In this document: piece after piece, positions 9,190 to 18,376 of the stretch
How positions within the stretch are numbered: the first letter of the stretch is position 1
Layout of the letters: each line of letters begins with the position of its first letter
DNA from: an archaeon
GTDB taxonomy: Archaea > Nanobdellota > Nanobdellia > Pacearchaeales > GW2011-AR1
DNA length: 64,000 nucleotides
Reading direction: 5' to 3'
NCBI GenBank assembly: GCA_030620045.1
Contig: JAUXAD010000001.1
Coordinates: 24,088-88,087 of the forward strand
Translations under genes and position numbers: made by a program
The notes under the pieces: model-generated
The model's database searches: none
Told to the model about the DNA's origin: nothing
The model's input: only the letters and a program-made list of their open reading frames with translations

Positions 9190-9322
9190 AAACTCCCCCT
9201 AACTCCTCTTCCGTCACAACCCCAGTAACATACTTCCTCTTCACAAATTCAAAAGCAGGATTCTTCATCTTAATTCCCTTCGGCACATTTCCCCAAACCT
9301 CATTCAATAGTCCCTATTCTCA
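9190..9322 (-). pseudogene. duplicated 3'-terminal fragment of the eIF-2B-family gene (direct repeat of 10527-10640)
   Basis: About 85% nt identity to 10527-10640. It encodes [32 protein letters not shown], matching the C-terminus NEVWAKAPRGIKMKNPAFEFVKKKYVTRVITEK. Confidence 0.55.
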
Positions 9323-9422
9323 AAAATATCGCAAATAACTCTGCATCACTCAATGCTTCTGGGCCATGTTTTAGAAATCTTTCTCTTGGCCTGTTTTGCT
9401 CTGGGAGGTCTAGAATTTTCAT
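9300..9422 (-). pseudogene. RadC-like N-terminal fragment (40 codons, then stop)
   Basis: [38 protein letters not shown] is the canonical RadC N-terminal helix-hairpin-helix region; the rest of the gene is absent. Confidence 0.5.
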
Positions 9423-9619
9423 AGAAATTAGAAGGATGGGGGAATTTTAAATCTTGTTGGAAGGAGAATACAAGATAATAATCTTTATAACATATTTTAA
9501 ATAAACCAGAAATCTTATAAACCTATGAATACTATCTACCATGTTAAAGTCCCCAGTATGGTCCTTCGGGGTAATACTGGGCTTCCTACTCATTCTCTAA
9601 ATTTTGAGGTAGAAAAATA

Positions 9620-10251
9620 ATGAAAAAAGCCATGTTTTTGTTGATGCTAATAATTTTTATCATTGTGTAAAGAGCATTAAACAGCCCAATGAAATAGATT
9701 TTCTAAAATTAGGAAAACTTCTTTGCAAGATTAAAGGATATAATTTTATTGACATGATTTGGTATGCTTCAATCCCGGACTTAAAAGAAGATCCAAGGGA
9801 TTATTATTCTCATTTATCTTTTTTAGATGCTCTAGAAAGAAAAGGAATCAAAGTTGTAAAAAGAAAATTGCAAAAAGCTTCTAAGTTTGAAATTAATAAA
9901 AAGAAAAATAAAATCTTTAGCAAAATAAAGTTTTGTAATAATTGTAAGAAATTATTTGAGAAATTCATTCATTTAATTATTCAAACAAAAAAAGAAAAAG
10001 GAATTGATGTTTGGTGTGCTGTTGACATGATCAAGTATTGTTTGATGAATGGAGATTGCGATGTGTGCATTTTAATTTCAGGAGATGCGGATTTTGTTCC
10101 CGCGTTAAATCTCCTTAAGGATCATGGAAAGGATGTTTTAGTTGCGAGTGTGCATCAGGGATTTTCTAAAGAATTAAGAGATAATTTTGAATATTTTGTA
10201 ATCAAAACAGAAACTTTAAATAAATGTTTGAGAAATTATAACAAAAAATGA
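9620..10251 (+). pseudogene. NYN-domain (LabA-like) ribonuclease gene with a -1 frameshift in an A6 tract
   Basis: ATG at 9620, then aaaaaa at 9623-9628. With one more A the frame reads MKKSHVFVDANNFYHCVKS ... (NYN start) and continues into LISGDADFVPALNLLKDHGKDVLV, the NYN core. Confidence 0.6.
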
Positions 10252-10303
10252 CAGATTCAAATCAAATTGTAAGAAACTATTGCCCATTTTTATGATATTT
10301 TCC

Positions 10304-10435
10304 TTATTTTCTTTTTTCATCAATACAATGTTTGATATGATTCTTGTAAGCCCATTCCATCATATAACCTTTTTGACATTTTTGGCATTTGTATCGATTT
10401 CTAAGAACTTTACAATTTTTATTGTGCTGCCCCAT
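10304..10435 (-). CDS. small C2H2-like zinc-finger protein (43 aa), absent from the ORF track
   Basis: Translation MGQHNKNCKVLRNRYKCQKCQKGYMMEWAYKNHIKHCIDEKRK gives CxxC-x12-H-x2-H-C. Confidence 0.25.
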   Translation of the reverse strand: MGQHNKNCKVLRNRYKCQKCQKGYMMEWAYKNHIKHCIDEKRK

Positions 10436-10526
10436 TTAACCTCCGCGACTAATTTAAATTAAGCCGTGGGGTCACTATGTCTAATCATTTGGATTAAAGA
10501 ATGTAAAAGAATATAAATCTTCGCGT

Positions 10527-11297
10527 TCATTTTTCAGTAATCACCCTCGTAACATACTTCTTCTTCACAAATTCAAAAGCAGGATTTTTCATCTTAATTC
10601 CTCTTGGAGCTTTGGCCCAAACTTCATTGAGTTTTCTTTGTTCTCTTGGAACTTTGCTTTTTGTAAACTTCCAGCTGTCTGCAATAACATAAACAGGAAT
10701 TTTTTCGCTTCGGGCTATCTTTGCAATTACTTCACTTCCAATTTTATTTATGATTCCTTTTTTGAGGAGGGCGTCTGCTCCGAGAAAAACTTTATCTGCT
10801 TTTTTTGTTCCTTGCTCCTTACTAAGTGCTACGCCTAGTGCGCTGTCTACAAACATTGTAACTTTTATTCCTGCTTTTCTTAATTCTTTTGCTGTTTTTC
10901 TTCCTTGGTAGAGAGGGCGGGTTTCTGTATTATAAACTTCAAACTTTTTTCCTTTCTTTTTTGCGTAAATTAAAGCGCCAATTACATTTGTGCTATGGCA
11001 ATGTGTGAAAATAACATCTCCACTTTTGATTAATTTCAAAACTTTTTTATTTATCTTGTCTTGTGCTTCTGTAAAATGATTGTTTATTTCAGTTAAGGGT
11101 TTTCCCTTTTCAGCCATATCTAAAACATTTTCCATCATAGGTTCTGTTGGACGTGAAGACAAAAGTTTTTTCTTTGAAGCTTTTGTTGGAATTAAAGAAT
11201 AAGCTTTCAACGCAGACTTTGCAATATTCCTTGCCCCTTGAATTTTAATTTCCTTTATGTCTTTGACTATCTTGTTGAACTTACCTCTTTTATTCAT
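10527..11297 (-). CDS. translation initiation factor IF-2B subunit family protein (eIF-2B alpha/beta/delta-like)
   Basis: GARNIAKSAL, THCHS, ETRPLYQG and the C-terminal NPAFEFV ... VITE pattern are typical of the IF-2B family. Confidence 0.65.
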   Translation of the reverse strand: MNKRGKFNKIVKDIKEIKIQGARNIAKSALKAYSLIPTKASKKKLLSSRPTEPMMENVLDMAEKGKPLTEINNHFTEAQDKINKKVLKLIKSGDVIFTHCHSTNVIGALIYAKKKGKKFEVYNTETRPLYQGRKTAKELRKAGIKVTMFVDSALGVALSKEQGTKKADKVFLGADALLKKGIINKIGSEVIAKIARSEKIPVYVIADSWKFTKSKVPREQRKLNEVWAKAPRGIKMKNPAFEFVKKKYVTRVITEK

Positions 11298-11336
11298 GAT
11301 GGAAATAAGAATTAGGATTATAAAAAGTTAATTGAA

Positions 11337-11600
11337 TTAAAATAATTCTTCTGGTACTAATCTCGTTAGACCTTTTATCTCATTGAAGTCTGCAAGATGA
11401 TTTCTATGGAGCCTAGTATCTAGTTGAGAAGAAGGAGGTATTAAAGTTGACATGACCTTAAGAATTTTTCCTTGAGGATTATGGCCATAATACTTGGCAA
11501 CCACTTCTATAGGTGGTCTCCCTGAGTTACCTTCATCATACTGAAGCATAATAAGGTCTCCAGACCTTAACTTCTTGCAAGCTTCATTTATGTCTGCCAT
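11337..11600 (-). CDS. MazF/PemK-like endoribonuclease toxin homologue (orphan)
   Basis: SGDLIMLQYDEGNSGRPP ... MSTLIPPSS ... VPEEL parallels MazF GDLIWVDFDPTKGSEQAGHRPAVV ... TTQ ... APEEL. Confidence 0.4.
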   Translation of the reverse strand: MADINEACKKLRSGDLIMLQYDEGNSGRPPIEVVAKYYGHNPQGKILKVMSTLIPPSSQLDTRLHRNHLADFNEIKGLTRLVPEELF

Positions 11601-11675
11601 TTTAATTTCTTATCGGAACTCCTACTTTTTAAGGATTTGTATACTTATAATATCACAAAAATTTAAAAGTAGTAT

Positions 11676-12551
11676 TTGGTTTACTCAAACATGTTAGAAT
11701 CTTTGATTAATCCAAAAAAGGTGGAAAAAGGACCATGGAAAATGCTCTTTATTGGTCTGATTTATGGTTCACTTTCTCTTTTGCTTGTGTATTGGTTTTT
11801 TTCCAAAGACCCTGTGTTGTCGCAATATTCTGGACTTATTGTAGTAACTTTCTGCGTTATGTTTTCTCTGCCTTTTATGTATTTTATAATAAAACAAGAA
11901 GCAGACCAGGATGAACAGGTTGAAGGATTATTAGGTGTTTGGAAAGCTCACAGCGATGCTATTTTTGCTTTGATGTGGCTATTTTTAGGATTTATTCTTG
12001 CGTTTGCTCTTTGGTATACAATCCTGCAAGACACGAACCTGTTTAATGCTCAGGTAGAGACATATTGTATGATAAATAACCCGGGAAGTATTGAAGATTG
12101 TGTTGCAAGATATGATTTTTCTCAACAAGTAGCTTCTACTGGTGCAGCAACAAGAGAAGTAAGACTTTTATCAATTATAGAGAATAATGTTTATGTTATG
12201 ATTTTTACGCTGATTTTTTCTTTAATTTTTGGGGCGGGAGCTATATTTGTTTTGGCTTGGAATGCAAGTGTTATTGCTGCAGCGATTAGCATATTCACCA
12301 AATATCAAATAACCCATATTCCTTTGGGAATTGCAAGATATATGATTCATGGTTTTCCAGAGATTGCTGCTTATTTTATCACTGCTCTGGCAGGAGGAAT
12401 CTTTGGGGTTGGAATAATTAAAAATGGAATAAAAAGCCCGAAATTTTTAAGAGTAATAGAAAATGTAGTTATTCTGCTTTTTGTAGCAATAGTTATTTTA
12501 ATACTTGCTGCATTGATTGAAGTATATCTTACTCCTATTCTATTTAAGTAA
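11676..12551 (+). CDS. polytopic membrane protein (SpoIIM/DUF95-like)
   Basis: Seven to eight predicted TM helices; weak resemblance to the SpoIIM family. Confidence 0.45.
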   Translation: MVYSNMLESLINPKKVEKGPWKMLFIGLIYGSLSLLLVYWFFSKDPVLSQYSGLIVVTFCVMFSLPFMYFIIKQEADQDEQVEGLLGVWKAHSDAIFALMWLFLGFILAFALWYTILQDTNLFNAQVETYCMINNPGSIEDCVARYDFSQQVASTGAATREVRLLSIIENNVYVMIFTLIFSLIFGAGAIFVLAWNASVIAAAISIFTKYQITHIPLGIARYMIHGFPEIAAYFITALAGGIFGVGIIKNGIKSPKFLRVIENVVILLFVAIVILILAALIEVYLTPILFK

Positions 12552-12585
12552 TTAAATTTAAAAATCTTGAATAATCTTATAAATC

Positions 12586-13565
12586 ATGGAATCAATACTT
12601 TTGCTTGCTATCCTTGTTAGTTTTTTTTGCACGTATTTAATTCTTCCTTACTGGATAAAAAGGCTAAGTTAAAAGGTTTAGTTGACAGAGACATGCACAA
12701 AAAGGATAAAAGAGAAGTCGCTGAAGGAGGAGGAATTGTTGTTTTATTTGGAGTTTCTTTAGGAATTTTGTTATATGTCGCAATAAACACTTTTGTTTTT
12801 AAAAGCACAGGGGTATTAACTTATATCTTTGCTTTGTTATGTGTTTTATTTATTAGCTCGTTCGTAGGAATTGTTGATGATCTTCTTGGATGGAAAAAAG
12901 GATTAAATAAAAAAATAAGAATATTAATTGTATTATTTTCTGCTGTCCCCTTAATAGTTATTAATGCAGGTGAATCAACAATGATGGGGATTGATTTTGG
13001 GTTGCTTTATCCTCTTTTATTAATTCCACTAGGAATCTTGGGTGCAACAACAACTTTTAATTTTTTAGCAGGGTATAATGGACTTGAAGCAGGTCAGGGG
13101 ATTATAATCTTATCTGCATTAGCATTAGTAACCTGGCTTACTGGAAATAGCTGGTTAAGTGTAATTGCTTTATGCATGGTTGCCGCCTTAATTGCATTTT
13201 ATATATTTAATAAATATCCTGCCAAAGTTTTCCCAGGAGATATAATGACTTATTCTGTTGGTGCATTAATTGCTGTGATTGCTATTTTAGGAAATATAGA
13301 AAAAATTGCAATCTTCTTTTTTATTCCTTATATAATTGAAACAGGATTAAAATTAAGAGGTAAATTAAAGAAAGAAAGTTTTGCAAAAGTAAATGAAGAT
13401 GGAAGTTTGGAGATGCCTTATGAAAAAGTGTATGGGTTGGAACATTTGGCAATAAAGATTTTGAGGAAGTTTAAGAAGAAAGTTTATGAAAGAGAAGTTG
13501 TGTGGTTGATTCACGGATTTCAGATAATTGTGATTGGGATTGGGTTTTTATTGTTTATGATATAA
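12586..13565 (+). CDS. aglH: dolichyl-phosphate HexNAc-1-phosphate transferase (AglH / MraY-WecA family), interrupted by a frameshift in an A5 tract
   Basis: D.HK ... EGGG (VDRDMHKKDKREVAEGGG), NFLAGYNGLEAGQG and VFPGD motifs. The N-terminal TM helix MESILLLAILVSFFCTYLILPYWIK is in another frame and rejoins if one A is added at 12657-12661. Confidence 0.7.
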
Positions 13566-13607
13566 CTAAAACTTTTAAAACAAGATTTACTCTTAATTTG
13601 AGATAAA

Positions 13608-16556
13608 ATGGATGAAGAAAATATAAAAGATAGTCATGTAGAGGATAGTGAAATTAAGGAAAGCAAGATTGAAGAAAGTGATATTGAAGGTAGTCAGATA
13701 AAAGATAGTGAGATTAAAGAGAGTCATATCGAAGATAGTAAGATTGAGGATAGTAAGATAGTTGGAGAAACAATAAAAGAAAATAAAAAAATAAGTGAAT
13801 ATTTCAAAAAACAAGAAATAAAAAAATATTTCAATCAGACAAAAAATTTCCTTAACCAGAAAAAAGTCATTAATTTCGTAATTATATCTTTACTATTAGT
13901 CCTTTTAATTGGTGGTTCTTGGATTAGATTACAAAATTTGCCTCATCTTAAAGACGCCACAACAGGGGAATACATTCCTCTTGCATTAGATCCTTTTTAT
14001 TTCTTGAGGGTTGCTGAAACAATGGTGGAGCAAGGAGGATTGCCTGCTTATGATGCTATGAGGACAGGAGGAATTTTTGATGTAGAATGGCATCCTGAAA
14101 TATTGCCACAAACAGTTATTTTTCTGCATAAAATAGGGGGCATATTTGATAAAGATGTTACAATACAATTTATTAATGTAATTTCTCCTGTTATATTTTT
14201 TGCGTTGGCTTTAGTTATTTTTTTCTTCTTAATATATGTTTTAACAAAATCTAAAATTACTGCTATATTAAGCAGTGCCCTCCTTACAATTATTCCTGCT
14301 TATCTTTACAGAACACTAGCTGGTTTCTCTGATCACGAAGCAATTGGAATGCTTGCTTTTTTCCTGGCATTGCTTTGCTATGGTTTGGCTTTAAAATTCC
14401 TTGACAAATTAAAAATGGAAAACCAGAATAAACAAGAGAAAAAGAATATTTTAATCAAAACTATTTTATGGGGATTGCTTGTTGGGTTTGTTTCTGCATT
14501 TACAATAGCAAGCTGGACAGGAATTGCAAAATTTATTTTTATGATTATTCCATTAAGTTTTGGTTTATTTTGGTTAATCAAGGTTCAGAATCCAGAGAAT
14601 TTAAATAAAAAACCTCTTTATAATTTTTTAATATTTTATTTAGTTTGGTTTTTATCAAGTATTTTGTTTGGTTTACTATATGGGTTTGATTTTTCTTCAA
14701 TAATCACAGTAGTTGTTCTTGGTTCAAGTAGCCTTCTTACAGGAGCAGTCTTCTTATTTTTAATTGTGGATTTTTCAGTAATTAAATTAAAAGCAAAAAT
14801 TAATTTTATATCAAAAGAAAAGCTGGACAAATACAGGATTTTATTTAGTGGGTTAATTGTTATTATTTTGGGAGTGATTTTTTTCTCTCTTTATGGGAAA
14901 AATATCCTTTCTCTCATTTCAAGTATAATAGATAGGCTTTTACATCCTTTTGGATTGGGAAGATTGGTATTGACTGTAGCAGAAAATGCTCAACCATATC
15001 TTATGGATTGGATGAACCAAATTGGCAAGATATTTTTTTGGTTATTTTATGCAGGAATGGTTTTTGTTGGGATTAATGCTGCTAAAGGCATTGAAAAAAA
15101 GAAAAATAAGATTTTATTTGTTTTATTTTGGATAATTATGATTTCTGGAATTTTATTTAGTAGAATTTCTTCTTCTTCATTATTTAATGGGACTAATTTT
15201 ATAAGTAAATTCGTTTATTTTGGGGGTTTAATTTTATTTGCAGGATATTTTTTATGGCTTTATTTTCATGATAAAATTAAAATAAAAAGCGAATTAATCT
15301 TAATTGCTTCTTGGTTATTTATTATGCTAATTGCGGCAAGAGGGGCGATAAGACTTTTCTTTGTAATTACTCCTTTTGTTTGTTTTATGGTTAGTTATTC
15401 TGTTATTAAATTGTTTAATTATGCAAAGAAAAGTAAAGAAGAAGTTTTAAAACTTATTTTATTTGCAGTCCTAATCTTAGTGATTATAGGATTAATAATT
15501 AGTTCTTTTAATTTTGCGACCATCACAATCCGGCAAGCAAAATATACCGGGCCTTCTGCAAACCCTCAATGGCAAAATGCGATGTCTTGGGTAAGAGAAA
15601 ATACTCCTGAAAACTCAATATTTGTTCACTGGTGGGACTATGGTTATTGGGTGCAATATCTCGGAGAAAGACCAACTTTAGCTGATGGAGGGCAAATTCA
15701 AAGTATGTATCAGGGGAACCATAAAATAGGAAGATATATTTTAACAACCCCAAAACCAGAAACAGCTTTAAGCTTTTTTAAAACAATGAACATTTCCTAT
15801 TTATTAATTGACCCAACAGATATAGGAAAATATTCTGCTTATTCAGGTATTGGAAGTGATGAATCAGGAAGTGATAGATTTGCTTGGATTCCTACAATGT
15901 TAATAGATGAAAAACAGACTCAAGAAACAAATAATCAAACAATTTATGTTTATTCTGGAGGCACTGTGTTAGATAGTGATATAACTTACAATGAAAATGA
16001 AAAAGAAATATTTTTGCCAGAAAAAAAAGCAATTGTCGGTGGAATTATTTTGGAAACAATGAAATCTAAAGAAGTTATATCATTAAAACAACCAGAAGGA
16101 GTTTTCTTTTATAATGAAAAACAAACCAGAATCCCCTTAAGATATATTTATTATAATGGAGAAATTTTAGATTTCGAGAATGGCTTAGAGGTAGTTATTT
16201 ATATTATTCCGAAAGTTGATCAAACAAGTCAGGGGATTCAAATGAATAATTTGGGTGCGGTGATATATCTTTCTCCAAAAGTTTCAAAGAGCTTAGTTTC
16301 TCAATTATACTTAATGAATGATCCTTTTGATAATTATAAAACAATTAAATTAGTGCATTCAGAACCAGATCCCTATGTAAGCTTATTAAAAGCACAAGGC
16401 ATTGACTTAAATGATTTTATTTATTTTAATGGGATTAGAGGGCCTATAAAGATTTGGGAAACAATTAATATCCCTAATGAAATAAATATTGTTGAAGAAT
16501 TTTATGCGCCTTCTGAAGGATATGGGTCATTGGATGATTTGAAGTTTAAGGGATAA
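13608..16556 (+). CDS. aglB: archaeal oligosaccharyltransferase AglB (STT3 family) with an acidic N-terminal repeat extension
   Basis: WWDYGYW motif (VHWWDYGYWVQ), about 13 TM helices and a large C-terminal soluble domain. Confidence 0.85.
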   Translation: MDEENIKDSHVEDSEIKESKIEESDIEGSQIKDSEIKESHIEDSKIEDSKIVGETIKENKKISEYFKKQEIKKYFNQTKNFLNQKKVINFVIISLLLVLLIGGSWIRLQNLPHLKDATTGEYIPLALDPFYFLRVAETMVEQGGLPAYDAMRTGGIFDVEWHPEILPQTVIFLHKIGGIFDKDVTIQFINVISPVIFFALALVIFFFLIYVLTKSKITAILSSALLTIIPAYLYRTLAGFSDHEAIGMLAFFLALLCYGLALKFLDKLKMENQNKQEKKNILIKTILWGLLVGFVSAFTIASWTGIAKFIFMIIPLSFGLFWLIKVQNPENLNKKPLYNFLIFYLVWFLSSILFGLLYGFDFSSIITVVVLGSSSLLTGAVFLFLIVDFSVIKLKAKINFISKEKLDKYRILFSGLIVIILGVIFFSLYGKNILSLISSIIDRLLHPFGLGRLVLTVAENAQPYLMDWMNQIGKIFFWLFYAGMVFVGINAAKGIEKKKNKILFVLFWIIMISGILFSRISSSSLFNGTNFISKFVYFGGLILFAGYFLWLYFHDKIKIKSELILIASWLFIMLIAARGAIRLFFVITPFVCFMVSYSVIKLFNYAKKSKEEVLKLILFAVLILVIIGLIISSFNFATITIRQAKYTGPSANPQWQNAMSWVRENTPENSIFVHWWDYGYWVQYLGERPTLADGGQIQSMYQGNHKIGRYILTTPKPETALSFFKTMNISYLLIDPTDIGKYSAYSGIGSDESGSDRFAWIPTMLIDEKQTQETNNQTIYVYSGGTVLDSDITYNENEKEIFLPEKKAIVGGIILETMKSKEVISLKQPEGVFFYNEKQTRIPLRYIYYNGEILDFENGLEVVIYIIPKVDQTSQGIQMNNLGAVIYLSPKVSKSLVSQLYLMNDPFDNYKTIKLVHSEPDPYVSLLKAQGIDLNDFIYFNGIRGPIKIWETINIPNEINIVEEFYAPSEGYGSLDDLKFKG
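13629..13770 (+). repeat. about eight tandem 18-bp repeats (gatagtNNNattgaRgaN) encoding a (D/E)S-x-I-(K/E)-(E/D) hexapeptide array at the AglB N-terminus
   Basis: Direct reading: DSHVEDSEIKESKIEESDIEGSQIKDSEIKESHIEDSKIEDSKIV. Confidence 0.6.
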
Positions 16557-16589
16557 AAAGTTTTTAAATAGTAAAAATCTGCCTATTTT

Positions 16590-17267
16590 ATGAAAATTAT
16601 CTATTTTGTAGACAAAAAACCTGAAGAAATTTTAACCCTAAAAAAACCTTTAATATTTAATTTTTTTAATATGCATAGCTTGTATCTATTTAACAATAAT
16701 TCTCAATTCAGAAAAAGTCTTTCTAATGAAAATAGTGTGAATTTCCCAGATGGAAAACTAATTTCTATTAAATTAGGGGTAAGTCAAAAAAGAGGTCCAA
16801 CATTTACAAAACATTTTTTATTATCAGGGAACTCTAAATTAAAAAAACATTTTTTCATAGGTAATGTTAACAAAAAGAAATTATCTAAAATTACAGACAT
16901 CCCCCGAAAAAATATTTATTCCTATGATCTGCCATTTATAAAAGAGTTGGAGTTTCCAAAAAGAGAAAAGTATTCAATCTTAAAGAAATTAAAAAGCTTT
17001 AAACCAGATTTTGTATGGGTTTGCATTGGCAATCCTAAACAAGAAATTTTATCAAATTACTTATATACAAAATATCCGACAAATTATTTCAATGTTGGTG
17101 CAGGAATGGATTTCTTGTTGGGAAAAAAATCTGAATCTCCAAGATTCTTCAGAAAAATATGTTTAGAATGGTTTTATAGAGGACTTACTGACTTTAAGCA
17201 TTCAAAAATAAAAATTTGGAGGAGCATTTTAGCAATTTTATATTTAAATAAGATATACTTAAAATGA
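16590..17267 (+). CDS. WecB/TagA/CpsF-family glycosyltransferase (GT26)
   Basis: C-terminal VWVCIGNPKQEI ... GAGMDFLLG ... LEWFYRG pattern. Confidence 0.6.
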   Translation: MKIIYFVDKKPEEILTLKKPLIFNFFNMHSLYLFNNNSQFRKSLSNENSVNFPDGKLISIKLGVSQKRGPTFTKHFLLSGNSKLKKHFFIGNVNKKKLSKITDIPRKNIYSYDLPFIKELEFPKREKYSILKKLKSFKPDFVWVCIGNPKQEILSNYLYTKYPTNYFNVGAGMDFLLGKKSESPRFFRKICLEWFYRGLTDFKHSKIKIWRSILAILYLNKIYLK

Positions 17268-18376
17268 AAAAGAAAATTTTGTTTATTAGTCCGCTTCCAC
17301 CTCCACATTATGGAAGCGCAATGTCTAGTGAAACTTGTTTAGAAATATTAAAGAAATCAAAAGATTTCGAAGTCAGAAATATAAAATTAAATTATTCCAA
17401 AAAATTAAGCGATATTGGAACATTAAATCTTTTAAAAATAATTGGTTTTTTTAAAGTAATAAGACAAATAAAGAGAGAATTAATGGATTTTAATCCAGAT
17501 TTAATTTATTTCGTTCCAGCAACATCTGGTTTTGGTTTATATCGGGATTATTTGTTTATCAAGAAAATTAAAAAAATATTTGATAGAAAAATTTTATTTC
17601 ACATCAGAAGTAGAATTTCTTCTGAGGATTGGAAGAAACATAAAAAAATTTATAAAAAAATGTTTGAAAAGGAAAGGGCACTTGTCCTTGGAAAAGAACT
17701 TGTTCATGATTTAAGAAATTTAATTCCTTCTGAAAAAGTATTTATTCTTCCTAATGCAATAAAAAATGAAGTTTCTGATAAAAAATTTCAGAATATAATC
17801 AAAAAAAGAGAAGAAGAAAAAGAGTTCAATATCTTGTTTCTTTCAAATATGGATGAAAGTAAGGGATGGCTTAAATTACTGCAAGCTTGTTCTATTTTAA
17901 AAAAGAAAAGAAAAAAATTCAATTGTAATTTTGTCGGGGCATGGCCTTCCTTAAAAGAAAAGAAAAGATTCGAAATACTCACTAAGAAGTATGGTCTAGA
18001 AAAAAATGTCAAATATCTTGGGAAAAAAATAGGAAAAGAAAAAAATAAAATTTTAGAAAATTATGATGTTTTAGTTTTTCCAACAGAATATAAATTAGAA
18101 ACTTTTGGTAGAGTTATTTTAGAAGGCATGATGTTTGGATTGCCTGTTATTGCTAATGGAATTGCAACTATTCCTACAACGATCCAACATGGAAAAACAG
18201 GGTTTGTTTTGAAAGAGAATACTGCAGAAGAAATTGCAGAAAAACTAAATTTATTGTTAAATAATAAAGCAAAAAGAATTAACATGGGAAAGGGAGGGAG
18301 ACAAAGATTTTTAGAACATTATACTCTGAAGGAATACGAAAAAAAATTTAAAAATATTTTTGAGAAGATAAAATGA
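17264..18376 (+). CDS. glycosyltransferase family 4 (GT-B)
   Basis: ETFGRVILEGMMFGLPVIANGIATIPTTIQHGKTGF (E-x7-E region). Confidence 0.7.
   Translation: MKKKILFISPLPPPHYGSAMSSETCLEILKKSKDFEVRNIKLNYSKKLSDIGTLNLLKIIGFFKVIRQIKRELMDFNPDLIYFVPATSGFGLYRDYLFIKKIKKIFDRKILFHIRSRISSEDWKKHKKIYKKMFEKERALVLGKELVHDLRNLIPSEKVFILPNAIKNEVSDKKFQNIIKKREEEKEFNILFLSNMDESKGWLKLLQACSILKKKRKKFNCNFVGAWPSLKEKKRFEILTKKYGLEKNVKYLGKKIGKEKNKILENYDVLVFPTEYKLETFGRVILEGMMFGLPVIANGIATIPTTIQHGKTGFVLKENTAEEIAEKLNLLLNNKAKRINMGKGGRQRFLEHYTLKEYEKKFKNIFEKIK

Noticed and set aside
10280-10462. 60-aa plus-strand ORF
   Set aside because: Hydrophobic low-complexity peptide. The opposite strand encodes the better-formed C2H2-like mini-ORF. 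No independent support.
13593-13814. 73-aa minus-strand ORF
   Set aside because: Antisense to the AglB N-terminal 18-bp tandem repeats; the low-complexity FIFF peptide is an artefact of the repeat.
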